From a bacterium (lineage in GTDB: Bacteria; UBA8248): a DNA stretch of 64,000 nt. Of this stretch, positions 21,059 through 31,580 are shown piece by piece. The stretch is from positions 1,664,001-1,728,000 of the forward strand of contig CBDBZU010000004.1 of assembly GCA_965213625.1 (NCBI GenBank), written 5' to 3'. The notes beneath the pieces are model-generated. The model did not search any database, was not told the DNA's origin, and saw only the letters and a list, made by a program, of their open reading frames with translations. How positions within the stretch are numbered: the first letter of the stretch is position 1; each line of letters starts with the position of its first letter. Position numbers and translations under genes: made by a program.

Positions 21059-22042
21059 ATGAAAGCCGTCTGGTATGAAGCGTATGGCCCGGCCAGGGAA
21101 GTGCTGAAATTCGGTGAACTCGAAATGCCGGAGCCAGGGGCCGGCGAGGTGCGGGTGCGGCTCCACGCCTCGGGCGCGAATCCCTCCGACTACAAGGCGC
21201 GCCTGGGTTCCCGCGGCGAGATGGGCTGGCCGAGAGTCATCCCGCATTCAGACGGCGCAGGCGTCATCGAGAGCGTGGGCGATGGGGTGGACGCCTCCCG
21301 CGTGGGCGAGCGCGTCTGGATTTTTAACGGCCAGTGGCAAAGGGCATACGGCACGGCGGCGGAGTACATCGTCCTGCCCGAGCGGCAGGCGGCGCCGCTG
21401 GCGGATTCGGTGGATTTCGCCCAGGGGGCCTGTCTGGCGATTCCGGCGATGACGGCCCACAGGGCGCTGTTTTTAGATGGGCCGATTGCGGGGCAGACCG
21501 CGCTCGTCACCGGTGGAGCGGGCGCCGTGGGACGCTACGGCGTGCAGCTCGCCAAGTGGGGGGGCGCCGAGGTCATCGCCACGGTCAGCAACGATGAAAA
21601 AGCGGAGATCGCGCGTGACGCGGGCGCGGACCACGTGGTGAACTACCGTGATGAAGACGCGGCGGAGCGCATCATGGAAATTACCGGTGGGGCGGGTGTG
21701 GACAGGATTTGCGAGGTGGATTTCGGCGAGAACCTGGACGTCACCCGCAAGGTGCTCAAGGGAAACGGAACCGTCGCGGCCTACGGCTCCACGCGCGCTC
21801 CCGAGCCGGTGCTGCCTTGGTACCAGATGATGCCCGAGAACACGGCCATCCGCATGGTATTCGTCTACACTATGCCGGATTCCGCCATTGCCCAGGCGTG
21901 CAGCGATATTAACTCCGCGTGCGGGGCGGGCGCGCTCACCCACCACATCGGCGCGCGCTTTTCCCTGGAAGACACCGCCGCCGCGCATGAGATCATGGAG
22001 AATTTCGCGAACGTCGGGAACGTGGTGGTGGAAATCGATTAA
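21059..22042 (+). CDS. NADPH:quinone reductase (zeta-crystallin/MDR family)
   Basis: SGANPSD.K, PHSDGAG, GTAAEY, GGAGAVG. Confidence 0.9.
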   Translation: MKAVWYEAYGPAREVLKFGELEMPEPGAGEVRVRLHASGANPSDYKARLGSRGEMGWPRVIPHSDGAGVIESVGDGVDASRVGERVWIFNGQWQRAYGTAAEYIVLPERQAAPLADSVDFAQGACLAIPAMTAHRALFLDGPIAGQTALVTGGAGAVGRYGVQLAKWGGAEVIATVSNDEKAEIARDAGADHVVNYRDEDAAERIMEITGGAGVDRICEVDFGENLDVTRKVLKGNGTVAAYGSTRAPEPVLPWYQMMPENTAIRMVFVYTMPDSAIAQACSDINSACGAGALTHHIGARFSLEDTAAAHEIMENFANVGNVVVEID

Positions 22043-22274
22043 AGCAAGCGGGGCTGCCCGGACGCTGAATTTTCCCTTGAAAGATGGCCCGTGAGGGCCT
22101 ATATTTGAAGTAGATCATAGGGGGTTGATGGCGTGATGAAGTCTAGTCCCCTGAAGCAGCGCGCCGGCCTCTCGGGGGATGACAACAGATAGCCGGCGCA
22201 GATCCTCCAGAGGTTCCGCTTTTTGTTGGTTGTGCATGCAACATCGTGCATTTTTCATATCGGAGGGAAACGCC

Positions 22275-22787
22275 ATGCGAATATACGATCCCAAGAAAGT
22301 ACTGGCAGCCGTCGATTTCTCGGACCTTAGCAGGGGCGTCCTGAAAGTCGCTGCGGAGATCGGGGAGAATCGAAACGCGGAAGTCATGGCCATCCACGTG
22401 GCCAGAAACCCCGACTACGCGGCCAAATACGGCGGCTATGGCGCGGAACTCATGGGCACTATCTCTCCGAGTAAATTGCTCGAGGATACGCGCGTCGAGC
22501 TGCAGAGCAATCTCGATGTGATGACGAAACAGATTGAATCGGCCGTGCCCATCGAGACCCTCGTCGTCTTCGGCGAACCGGTGAAGGAGATCGTCCAATT
22601 CGCCGACACGGGGGATTTCGACCTCCTCGTCATGGGCACGCACGGCCACAACATGGTGAGCCGCTTCCTGATCGGCAGCGTCTCCGAGCAGGTTCTCCGG
22701 CGCGCACCCTGCCCGGTGTTCCTGTTGAGGGACAAGGTGGCCCTGAAGAAACTGGAGGAAATGGAAGCGGAATCGGTTGAAAGCTAG
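22275..22787 (+). CDS. Universal stress protein
   Basis: VLAAVDFS, DLLVMGTHG....RFLIGSVSEQVLRRAPCPV. Confidence 0.9.
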   Translation: MRIYDPKKVLAAVDFSDLSRGVLKVAAEIGENRNAEVMAIHVARNPDYAAKYGGYGAELMGTISPSKLLEDTRVELQSNLDVMTKQIESAVPIETLVVFGEPVKEIVQFADTGDFDLLVMGTHGHNMVSRFLIGSVSEQVLRRAPCPVFLLRDKVALKKLEEMEAESVES

Positions 22788-22805
22788 AATCAAGCCGCAT
22801 CGCAT

Positions 22806-22848
22806 CGCCCTCTCCGGAACCGTGCCGGGGAGGGCGATTTTTTTGTTT
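22806..22848 (+). terminator. Rho-independent terminator after the USP gene
   Basis: TCGCCCTCTCCGG...CCGGGGAGGGCGA followed by a T-run. Confidence 0.7.
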
Positions 22849-22925
22849 TCTCCCCGTTTCCACCCTCTCTTGAACCCCCTGCCGTTTGCGGACCTGAAAT
22901 AACGGAAGATGCTTCTTCTCGCCTG

Positions 22926-22953
22926 TTGACAAATATCACCGCTTTAATAGAAT
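22926..22953 (+). promoter_or_regulatory. Sigma70-like promoter of the ABC operon
   Basis: TTGACA-N16-TAGAAT upstream of the substrate-binding protein gene. Confidence 0.55.
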
Positions 22954-23106
22954 GCGTTGTTACCTAGGCATTATGAGTTGCATATACGGACCGAGGGGCG
23001 GATTTTCTCTTTCCGCTGACCGGCGCTTCATCATGTTGATGAGCGTACGACGCGGATTTTATTTTGCGCTCTCGGTCAACACCCATGAAATAAGGAGGAG
23101 CACCAG

Positions 23107-24558
23107 ATGAGCGAGAAGCAAATCAAAAGAAGAAGCCTCCTGAAGGCCGGTCTGGCAACCGCCGTTGCGGGTCCCGCCGTTCTCGGCGGCGCAGGCAAAG
23201 CCTATGCCGGGCCCGAGGAGGACGCCGTCATCAAGGCGGGGAAGAAGCTGGGCGGCGCCAAGCTGAACGGAATGATGTGGGGCCTCTACTGGCGCAACTA
23301 CCCCGACCTGAACCGCGAATTCAACAAAGCCACCGGCATCTCCATGGACAAGGTCAGTGACGTTCCCAACCTGCAGATTCCGCAGCGGGCCATGGCCGAG
23401 GCCATCACGCGCTCGGGCAAGTTCGACATCTTTCACGTCGAGTCCATGATGATTCCCTCCCTCGCTGCGGCGGGCATGCTCGAACCTCTCGACGGCTATA
23501 TGAAGTCTGCCGGCTTCGACCTCAAGATGGTGGGGAACTTCGAGACCTTCATGCAGTATCAGGGCAAGACCTACGCCATGCCCACGGACGGAAACGTCTG
23601 CCCGCAGTTCATCCGCAAGGATCTCTTTGACAATCCAGACGAGCGCAAGGCCTTCGCCGACAAGCACGGCAAGCCCTTGAAGTGGCCGGTCACGTGGGAA
23701 GACGAACTCGAGGTGATGAAGTTCTTCCACAGGCCCGACAAGGAACTCTACGGCTTCGGCGGGCTGCGCGACAAGGCGAACAGCAGCTTCTGGTACTGGA
23801 TGTACCTCTACAGCGCGGGCGGTTTCCCGTTCGACGATGACGCCAACCCCACGCTGAACACGCCTGCGGCCGAGTACGCCTTTGACACCTGGCTCGCTCG
23901 CAAGCAGGTTTCTCACCCCGAGGCGAGCGCTTGGGGTTCGCCGCAGATGATCCCCCGGATCCGCAACGGAAAGATTTTCTCGTGCCAGTACTGGGACGGG
24001 ATTATCGCGCTCATCGAAAGCCCGACGGCGAAGACCAAGACCAGGGGCATGTGGCATTACGGACTCGTGCCGGGCTCGAAGTTCTCCGGCAAGCTCATCC
24101 ACCGCGCCTTCTCCGCTCCGGTGATGGCCATGGTCGTGAACAAGCACAGCCCGCGCAAGAAACAGGCCGTCGCATGGGCGATGTACATGAGCACCTACAA
24201 GAACAGCGCAGAGGTTGTGGGTCATCCGAAGTTCACCTTCCACGACCCCTGGCATCCCAAGCACATGACCGACCCGCAGGTGACCAAGGTCTACACCAAG
24301 CCGGGAATCAAATCCGTGGAGGACAACCTCCTCGTCACATGCCCGCCGCCGTACGTGACCGGCTACCAGGAGTTCAAGGAAGTCGTCGACCGGAACCTCT
24401 CCGAGGCCTACGCGGGCCGCAAGAAGGGCGCCAAAAAGGTGATGGGCGACATCCAGAACGAGTGGGCCAAGATTATCCGAAAGGTCGGCAAGCGCAAACT
24501 CAAGAGGGAGATTCCCTTCTACAAGGCTATGATGCCGAAAGTGAACGTTCCTTCGTAG
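23107..24558 (+). CDS. ABC transporter substrate-binding protein (CUT1-type) with Tat signal
   Basis: KRRSLLK twin-arginine signal, YAMP.DG...FIRKDLF, P.TW. Precedes the permeases. Confidence 0.85.
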   Translation: MSEKQIKRRSLLKAGLATAVAGPAVLGGAGKAYAGPEEDAVIKAGKKLGGAKLNGMMWGLYWRNYPDLNREFNKATGISMDKVSDVPNLQIPQRAMAEAITRSGKFDIFHVESMMIPSLAAAGMLEPLDGYMKSAGFDLKMVGNFETFMQYQGKTYAMPTDGNVCPQFIRKDLFDNPDERKAFADKHGKPLKWPVTWEDELEVMKFFHRPDKELYGFGGLRDKANSSFWYWMYLYSAGGFPFDDDANPTLNTPAAEYAFDTWLARKQVSHPEASAWGSPQMIPRIRNGKIFSCQYWDGIIALIESPTAKTKTRGMWHYGLVPGSKFSGKLIHRAFSAPVMAMVVNKHSPRKKQAVAWAMYMSTYKNSAEVVGHPKFTFHDPWHPKHMTDPQVTKVYTKPGIKSVEDNLLVTCPPPYVTGYQEFKEVVDRNLSEAYAGRKKGAKKVMGDIQNEWAKIIRKVGKRKLKREIPFYKAMMPKVNVPS

Positions 24559-24722
24559 AATGTAAACTCCTCTCCCCGGGGCGCGGCTCCGGGGAGGGGT
24601 TTCATGTTTCGACCGCCGGGGCCGGCGGGGAATCGCCGGCCCCGGTCGCCGACGCGATGACCGCTTCCGAATGGTTCCCGGCGTACGCTCCGATTCATTC
24701 GATACCGCAGGAGTATTTTTGA

Positions 24723-25685
24723 ATGGCAACAGCCACAATTGCGCAGCCCAAGGGTAGACGCTCCACCCGCGCCCGGGGCGTGCGCATATTCAAATGGAGC
24801 GCGCTCTCACCGCTGATTCTTCTGTTCCTGTTCCTGATGCCCGTTTTTCTCCTGCAGATATACTTTTCGCTCCATTCCTGGACGGTCTATCTCTCCACCT
24901 GGTTCGACGCGGAGTTCGTGGGGCTGGAGTTGTTCCAGGAGGTGTTGACCGAAGGGCGTTTCTGGAGGGCCATGGGGCGTTCGCTCCTGTTCGCGGGCCT
25001 CTCGACGCTGGGTTGCTTCATATGCGGCTTCATTCTGGCGCTGTTGATGTACAAGCCCTTCCGGGGGCAGGCGTTCTTCTACATTCTCTTCATCCTCCCG
25101 ATGCTGACGGTGCCCGTGGTGATCGCCTATACCGCCGACATGCTCCTGTACGAGAAAGGGCCCATCAACGGGTTCCTGAGCTATTTCCTGCCGGGAGACC
25201 TCTCGAAGTTCACCTGGCTGGCGAACCCCGATATCGCCATCTTTACGATCATACTGTTGGAAGTATGGAACTGGACGCCATTCGTCTTCATCATCATGCT
25301 GGCGGGCCTCTCCTCGCTGCCGAGCGAACCGGTGGAAGCCGCCCGCATTTTGGGGGCGAGCCGCCTGCAGATTTTCCGCGAGATCCAGCTCCCTCTCCTG
25401 CGACCCGTCATATTCCTGGCGCTCATCCTGCGTTTCCTCGAAGCCATGGCGGAGTTTCCAAAAACGTGGGGTCTCATCCAGGGAGGGCCGGGCACCGCCA
25501 CAGAAACCATACCCATCTATCTTTATTTCACGACCTGGGTGTCGTTCGACATATCGAAGGGCGCGGCGATGTCCTACGTCGTCATGGTCATCATGATATT
25601 CATTGTTCTCACGGCCATCTATGTGCTGCGCCGCGAGAAGCGGGCGATCGACGCCCTGCATGAAACGTCGCGCACGGAGGCCTAG
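24723..25685 (+). CDS. Carbohydrate ABC transporter permease
   Basis: W.WTPF...LAGL..LP.E..EAA..GAS, GGPG.ATET. Confidence 0.9.
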   Translation: MATATIAQPKGRRSTRARGVRIFKWSALSPLILLFLFLMPVFLLQIYFSLHSWTVYLSTWFDAEFVGLELFQEVLTEGRFWRAMGRSLLFAGLSTLGCFICGFILALLMYKPFRGQAFFYILFILPMLTVPVVIAYTADMLLYEKGPINGFLSYFLPGDLSKFTWLANPDIAIFTIILLEVWNWTPFVFIIMLAGLSSLPSEPVEAARILGASRLQIFREIQLPLLRPVIFLALILRFLEAMAEFPKTWGLIQGGPGTATETIPIYLYFTTWVSFDISKGAAMSYVVMVIMIFIVLTAIYVLRREKRAIDALHETSRTEA

Positions 25686-25687
25686 AC

Positions 25688-26590
25688 ATGAACCGAGTCA
25701 TGAAGGCGCGCTTGTTCAAGATCTTCCGCTACGCCATGCTTGTCGTATGGTCGGTGATCGTGGCGTTCCCGATTTTCTGGATCGTTTCCACATCGTTCAA
25801 GCCCGACTGGGAGTGGCACGCCTGGCCGCCGGTCTACTGGTCGCAAGAGGCCTCCTGGGCCAATTACCGGGCGGTGTGGGGACGTGAGGAGAGCCCCCGA
25901 ACCTCAACAGAGGCGGAAACAAAGACTGCCCGCTACGAGTCGCACTCGGCCAACAAGCCCTGGCAGGCGCTCTGGAACAGCCTCTACATCGCCATTACCG
26001 CCACTGCGCTATCGGTCGCCTTCGGCGCGATACTGGCCTACGGGGTCTCGCGCTACCGGATACTGTCCGAGATACGGATGTTCCAGCTCCTTGTGCTCAG
26101 GATGATTCCGCCCATCGTGGTGGCGGCGCCGCTGACGCTCTACTACTCGGCGATCCATTTGATGGACACGGCGCTGGGGCTGATTATCGTCTATTTCATA
26201 ACTACATTGCCGTATTCCGTCTGGATGACGAAGAGCTTCGTGGATGAGGTGCCCGTCGAGATCGAACAGGCCGCCGAGATTCTGGGCGCGACCAAGTGGC
26301 AGGCGATCCGCGAGGTCATATTCCCGCTCATACGCTCAGGCATCGTGGCGACGTTCCTGTTCATCCTCATCCTGACGTGGAGCGAATATCTGTTATCTCT
26401 CATGCTCTCGAAGGTGGACGTGGTGACGCTGCCCGTTCAACTGGCGAAATACGAAGGCTCCGACGAGGGCCGCGTCTACGGCCATCAGGCCGCTCTGGCG
26501 GTGGGCATCACCCTGCCGCTCATGATCATCGGCATTTTCATTCGAAAACACCTGGTGCGAGGTTTCACTTTCGGAATGGTGAAGAGGTAA
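25688..26590 (+). CDS. Carbohydrate ABC transporter permease
   Basis: FPIFWIVSTSFK, NSL, VP.EIEQAA..GA, WSEY. Confidence 0.9.
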   Translation: MNRVMKARLFKIFRYAMLVVWSVIVAFPIFWIVSTSFKPDWEWHAWPPVYWSQEASWANYRAVWGREESPRTSTEAETKTARYESHSANKPWQALWNSLYIAITATALSVAFGAILAYGVSRYRILSEIRMFQLLVLRMIPPIVVAAPLTLYYSAIHLMDTALGLIIVYFITTLPYSVWMTKSFVDEVPVEIEQAAEILGATKWQAIREVIFPLIRSGIVATFLFILILTWSEYLLSLMLSKVDVVTLPVQLAKYEGSDEGRVYGHQAALAVGITLPLMIIGIFIRKHLVRGFTFGMVKR

Positions 26591-26597
26591 AAGGACA

Positions 26598-27671
26598 ATG
26601 GCAAGAATCGAACTCAAGGGTTTACGCAAGGTATTCGGCAGGAACATCGAGGCCGTGAAGAACCTCGACTTCACCATCGAGGAAGGCGAGTTCGTCGTCA
26701 TCGTCGGACCCTCGGGATGCGGGAAGACGACCACGCTGCGCATGGTCGCGGGTTTCGAGGAGCCCACGGCAGGCGAGATTTCCATCGACGGACGCCTCGT
26801 GAACGACGTCGACCCCGGCGACCGCGGCGTCGGCATGGTCTTCCAGACGCACGCCCTGTTCCCGCACAAGACGATAGCCGAGAACATCGAGTTCGGCCCG
26901 CGCATGAAGAAGGTGCCGCCCGAGACGCGCAAGCAGAAGGTGCGCGAGGTGGCCGACATGGTGCGCATCACGCACCTCCTCCACAAGCTGCCTGTCGAAT
27001 GCTCGGGCGGCGAGGCGCAGCGCGCCGCATTGGCCCGCACCCTCATCACCGACCCGGCCGCCTTCCTGCTGGACGAGCCGCTCTCGAGCCTGGACGCGAA
27101 GCTCCGCCGCGAGATGCGCGCCGAGATCGACAGGTTGCACGAGGAACTCAAGAAAACCTTCGTCTACGTCACGCACGATCAGGAAGAGGCCATGACGCTC
27201 GCCGACCGCATCGTGGTGATGCGCCTGGGCGTCATCGAGCAGGTCGGTACGCCGCTCGAAATCTACAACAACCCGGTCAGCTACTTCGTGGCCGATTTCT
27301 TCGGCAGCCCGTCCATGAACCTCATCGCGGGGAAGGTGGAGGGCTCGAACGGGGCTCCCGTCTTCACCGGCGCCGGGATCGATTTCACGCTCCCCGACGC
27401 CTACGCGGGCGTGTCTTCCGGGGACTACACCCTCGGCGTGCGGCCCGAGCACATCGTGGTGGGAAGCCAGGATGCCGCCTTCTCGTGCGACATCCAGCTT
27501 GTCGAACCACTCGGCAAGGACACGCTGCTCTACTTCGAGCACGGCGCCGAGCGCCCGACCATCGCGGTCGTCGAGGCGAGCGATCGCTTCAAGGAGGGCG
27601 AGCAGTTAAACGTCACGTTCGACCCGGCGCACGTCTATCTCTTCGAGCCCGACGGGAAGCGCGTCCGGTAG
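26598..27671 (+). CDS. ABC transporter ATP-binding protein (MalK-like)
   Basis: GPSGCGKTT, SGGEAQR, LLDEPLS.LD, VTHDQEEAM. Confidence 0.95.
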   Translation: MARIELKGLRKVFGRNIEAVKNLDFTIEEGEFVVIVGPSGCGKTTTLRMVAGFEEPTAGEISIDGRLVNDVDPGDRGVGMVFQTHALFPHKTIAENIEFGPRMKKVPPETRKQKVREVADMVRITHLLHKLPVECSGGEAQRAALARTLITDPAAFLLDEPLSSLDAKLRREMRAEIDRLHEELKKTFVYVTHDQEEAMTLADRIVVMRLGVIEQVGTPLEIYNNPVSYFVADFFGSPSMNLIAGKVEGSNGAPVFTGAGIDFTLPDAYAGVSSGDYTLGVRPEHIVVGSQDAAFSCDIQLVEPLGKDTLLYFEHGAERPTIAVVEASDRFKEGEQLNVTFDPAHVYLFEPDGKRVR

Positions 27672-27942
27672 CGACGCTCCCTCTGGGAGCAACCTTTAAG
27701 GAAGATAAGAGTCCGGCGTTTCTCTTGCGGGTTGACGACGCGAGAACGCCGGTTCCCCTGCGTTCGACTCTATTTCCGTAAATCTATCCGCGAGACGCTG
27801 TTTTCGGCGGCGGCCCGTAAAAATTTCCCTTGACTCGCTCGAGATGTAGGATATATCTTGCAGGAGTCCGCATCCAAAAAATATAGTACGTGTGAACATT
27901 CTGGAAAGAAAAACCTGACCGAAAGAGGGGGAGACCTTCGGC

Positions 27943-30192
27943 ATGCATCCAGCCCACTCCAGCCACTTCGCCCGACGCGCCGGCGTCGGACGGCCAACGA
28001 ACCGCCTCTCCCACAGGGGCGTTTTCGACTCTATATTGCGCTTGAACCGCTTTGCGGCCTGCGCGCTCGCACTGGTCTTCGCTTTGTGCGCCCCGCCAGC
28101 GATTGCGGAGGATTTCAGGCAGGGTGAACTCGAGGGAAGCCTCGACATCACGGTTTCCCACGGCTTCACCTTCCGTGTCGATGATCGCGACAAAAACCTG
28201 ATCGGCTCCTCCAATGGCGGTTCGGCGACATCGGTCAACACGGACGACGGCAACCTCAACTACGATACGGGCATCGTGAGCAACGCTTCGAAGTTCATCG
28301 GCGAGTTGGACCTCAACTACCGGAACTTCGGCGCCTTCGCCCGCGTGCACGGGCTGTTCGACTTCGAGAACCAAAACGGCGACAGAGCGCGCAACGAGCT
28401 ATCGCCCGAGGCGAAGGACCTGATCGGAAAAGATTTCGAAGTGCTCGACCTCTACCTCACCGGCTCGTTCGACCTGGGCGTCGCGGCGGTGGATCTCAAG
28501 CTAGGCAATCACGTCATCAGCTGGGGCGAGAGCACGTTCATCCAGAATAGCATCAACGTCATCAACCCCTTCGACGTGACCAAGCTGAGAACACCGGGCG
28601 CGGAACTGCGCGACGGGCTGGTGCCGGTTCCGATGGTTTCGGTCTCGGCCTCGCTGAACGAGAACGTCTCCGTGGAGGGTTTTTACCAGGTGAAGTGGGA
28701 GAAGACCGAGATCGACCCGCCGGGCAGCTTCTTCTCGACGAGCGATTTCGCCGGAGCAAGTGGGAGCAGGGTCGTGCTCGGCTGGGGGGCCATCCCCGAC
28801 ACTGGATTCAGCTACGAGGCGCTGGGACGTGGCCTGACCCAGGCGGTGAACGCCGACCTCCAGAGTTTCCAGATTCCCAGCCCTGCGGCGCCGGGCACCC
28901 TGGTGCCCCTGCCCCAGAGAGCGCAGCCGGTCTTCGACCCCCATTTTCTGAATGTATACCGCGGAGGAGACGGCGAACCTGAAGACTCGGGCCAATGGGG
29001 ACTCGCGCTTCGCTACCTTGCCGAGGAGTTGAATAATACCGAGTTCGGGTTTTACTTCGTGAACTATCACAGCCGCCTGCCCCTTCTGAGCGGGCGCACC
29101 GGCACGGTGCAGGGGGTGACTGACGGCCTCTTCGCGGCGGCGGCGGTGGGCTCGCCCACTTCCGTTACCACACGGGCGGTGACGCAGGCTGTCACCCCGC
29201 TGGTTACCCAGGCGGTCACTCAGCAGGTTACAGCTGCGGTCACCGCACAAGTCCCGCCCGGCACCCCGCCAGCGGTGATTCAGGCGACAATCCGGCAGCA
29301 GGTTGCCAGTATCGTCCCCGGCGAGGTCGCCAAACAGGTCACCAGTAACGTGAGCAGGATGGCCGGCCTCCTGGCCATCGATCGCTACACGAAGACGGCG
29401 GGCTACTTCGCTGAATACCCCGAAGATATCAATCTCCTGGGCGTGAGCTTCAACACCACACTCGGCACTTCGGGCTGGGCGCTGCAGGGCGAATATTCCC
29501 GTCGCCTGGACGCGCCCCTGCAGATAGACGACGCCGAACTTTTCTTCGCCGCCCTGACGCCGCTCACCCTCGACCCCGCGACCCAAAGGTTTTGCGCGAA
29601 TTCCTTCAGCTACTGCCGGAACCAGGTAGGCGTTTTCCTCCCGGAATCCTACGTCCAAGGCTACATCGAGCGCGACGTGAGCCAGATTCAGGCCACGGCC
29701 ACCAAGGTGTTCGGTCCCACGCTGGGAGCCAACGCTTTGGCGTTCGTCGCGGAGGCGGCGCTCATGTACGTGCACGACATGCCGGACAAGAGCGTGCTGC
29801 GCCTCGAGGGGCCGGGCACGCAGACCAGCGGGGAGCCTTTCCATGCCACGGCCGCGGGCGCGCATGCCGGTTTGCCGCCGGATCCGCAGGATCGATTCGC
29901 GAGCGCCACCTCCTACGGCTACAGACTGTTGGCGCGTCTGTCGTATCTCAACGCCATCGGCGCGATCAACGTCTCGCCGCGCGTATCGTTCCAGCACGAC
30001 GTAAAGGGCACCAGTCCGGGACCGGGCGGGCCGTTCATCGAGGATCGTTTCGCGGTCACCCTCGGGCTGGGCGCGAGCTATCTCAACCGCTGGCATTTCG
30101 ACATGAGCTTCACCATGTTCGGCGGCGCCGGCAGGCACAACCAGGTGAGTGACCGCGACTTCGTTTCCGCCACAATCAAATACCTGTTCTAA
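27943..30192 (+). CDS. DUF1302 family outer-membrane protein (true start probably about 28036)
   Basis: N.DDGNLNY, SWGESTF, NP.D..KL..PG.E, NYHSRLP, EYPEDI, DRDF...T.KY.F. Confidence 0.85.
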   Translation: MHPAHSSHFARRAGVGRPTNRLSHRGVFDSILRLNRFAACALALVFALCAPPAIAEDFRQGELEGSLDITVSHGFTFRVDDRDKNLIGSSNGGSATSVNTDDGNLNYDTGIVSNASKFIGELDLNYRNFGAFARVHGLFDFENQNGDRARNELSPEAKDLIGKDFEVLDLYLTGSFDLGVAAVDLKLGNHVISWGESTFIQNSINVINPFDVTKLRTPGAELRDGLVPVPMVSVSASLNENVSVEGFYQVKWEKTEIDPPGSFFSTSDFAGASGSRVVLGWGAIPDTGFSYEALGRGLTQAVNADLQSFQIPSPAAPGTLVPLPQRAQPVFDPHFLNVYRGGDGEPEDSGQWGLALRYLAEELNNTEFGFYFVNYHSRLPLLSGRTGTVQGVTDGLFAAAAVGSPTSVTTRAVTQAVTPLVTQAVTQQVTAAVTAQVPPGTPPAVIQATIRQQVASIVPGEVAKQVTSNVSRMAGLLAIDRYTKTAGYFAEYPEDINLLGVSFNTTLGTSGWALQGEYSRRLDAPLQIDDAELFFAALTPLTLDPATQRFCANSFSYCRNQVGVFLPESYVQGYIERDVSQIQATATKVFGPTLGANALAFVAEAALMYVHDMPDKSVLRLEGPGTQTSGEPFHATAAGAHAGLPPDPQDRFASATSYGYRLLARLSYLNAIGAINVSPRVSFQHDVKGTSPGPGGPFIEDRFAVTLGLGASYLNRWHFDMSFTMFGGAGRHNQVSDRDFVSATIKYLF

Positions 30193-30221
30193 CCAACAGC
30201 GATGAAAATGGGGTAACCGCC

Positions 30222-31580
30222 ATGAAAACCATCATTTTGAGAGCCATCGTCGCGATAAGCTGCGTCCTCTTGGCAGCCAGCGCCTCCGCCGCGATTTCGG
30301 CTGATGAAATCGCCCGATTGGGCAAGGACCTGACCCCCCTCGGCGCGGTGCGGGCGGGCAACGCCTCGGGAACCATTCCGGAGTGGAAGGGCGGCATCAC
30401 GAGCCCGCCGGCGGGTTACAAGGTCGGCGATCACCACCCCGACCCCTATTCGGGCGACAAGCCGCTCTTCACCATCACCCGCGCGAACCTGGATAAACAT
30501 CGGGGAAAACTCTCCGCCGGCCTGCAGAAAATGCTGGAGACCTACCCGACGCTTAAGCTTCCGGTCTATCCGACCCGGCGCAGCGCCGCCTTCCCGAAGC
30601 GCATCTACGACGCCACGAAGCGCGTCGCTGCCACCGCGAAACTCGTAGCGGGGGGGAGCGGCGTGACAGGCGCGGTGATCGGGGTTCCGTTCCCTGTTCC
30701 GAAACACGGGGCAGAGGTGATCTGGAACCACCTGCTGCGCTTCCGGGGCGAAGCCGCCTCGCGCGTTATCGGCCAGGCCGCCGTCACCCGGAGCGGCGAC
30801 TACACGCTCGTGAGGCTCGAGGACGCATACCTCGCACGCTATTCCCTGCCGGGCATGACGGAGGCGAAACTCAACAACCGGATGATTCTCTTCCGCCAGA
30901 AAGTGGCGGCGCCCGCGCGGCTGGCGGGCCGTATTGTGCTGGCCTACGAGACGCTCAACCAGGTCGCCGAGCCGCGACACGCCTGGGTGTACAATCCCGG
31001 CCAGCGACGGGTGCGGCGCGCGCCGAACATCGCCTACGACAATCCGGGCACCGCCGCGGACGGACTGCGGACGAGCGATCAGTTCGACATGTTCAACGGG
31101 GCGCTCGACCGCTACGACTGGAAGCTCGTGGGCAAACAAGAGATGTACGTGCCCTACAACAGCTACAAGCTCCACAGCGACAAGATTACCTTCGCAGACG
31201 TTTTAAAGCCCTTGCACGTCAACCCGAAGTACCTGCGCTATGAACTGCACCGGGTCTGGGTGGTCGAGGCGACGCTCAAGGAAGGGGCGCGCCACATCTA
31301 CAAGAAACGGCGGTTCTACGTGGATGAGGATTCGTGGATGATTCTGCTGGCCGACATCTACGACAACCAGGATCAGCTCTGGCGCGTGTCGGAAGGGCAC
31401 ACCGTCAACTATTACGAAAAACCCTTGCTGGGCTACACCCTCGAGGTTCACACCGACCTACAGGCGGGGCGCTACCTCGCGCTGGGGCTCAACAACGAGT
31501 ATCCCATGAACGTCTTCGGCACGAACTACTCCTCCAGGGGTTTCACGCCCTCGGCGTTGCGCCGAATGGGCAGGAGATGA
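30222..31580 (+). CDS. DUF1329 domain protein
   Basis: LG..LTPLGA.RAGNA.GTIPEW.GG, YPTRRSA, WVYNPGQRRVRRAP, RYELHRVWVVEATLK. Confidence 0.9.
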   Translation: MKTIILRAIVAISCVLLAASASAAISADEIARLGKDLTPLGAVRAGNASGTIPEWKGGITSPPAGYKVGDHHPDPYSGDKPLFTITRANLDKHRGKLSAGLQKMLETYPTLKLPVYPTRRSAAFPKRIYDATKRVAATAKLVAGGSGVTGAVIGVPFPVPKHGAEVIWNHLLRFRGEAASRVIGQAAVTRSGDYTLVRLEDAYLARYSLPGMTEAKLNNRMILFRQKVAAPARLAGRIVLAYETLNQVAEPRHAWVYNPGQRRVRRAPNIAYDNPGTAADGLRTSDQFDMFNGALDRYDWKLVGKQEMYVPYNSYKLHSDKITFADVLKPLHVNPKYLRYELHRVWVVEATLKEGARHIYKKRRFYVDEDSWMILLADIYDNQDQLWRVSEGHTVNYYEKPLLGYTLEVHTDLQAGRYLALGLNNEYPMNVFGTNYSSRGFTPSALRRMGRR

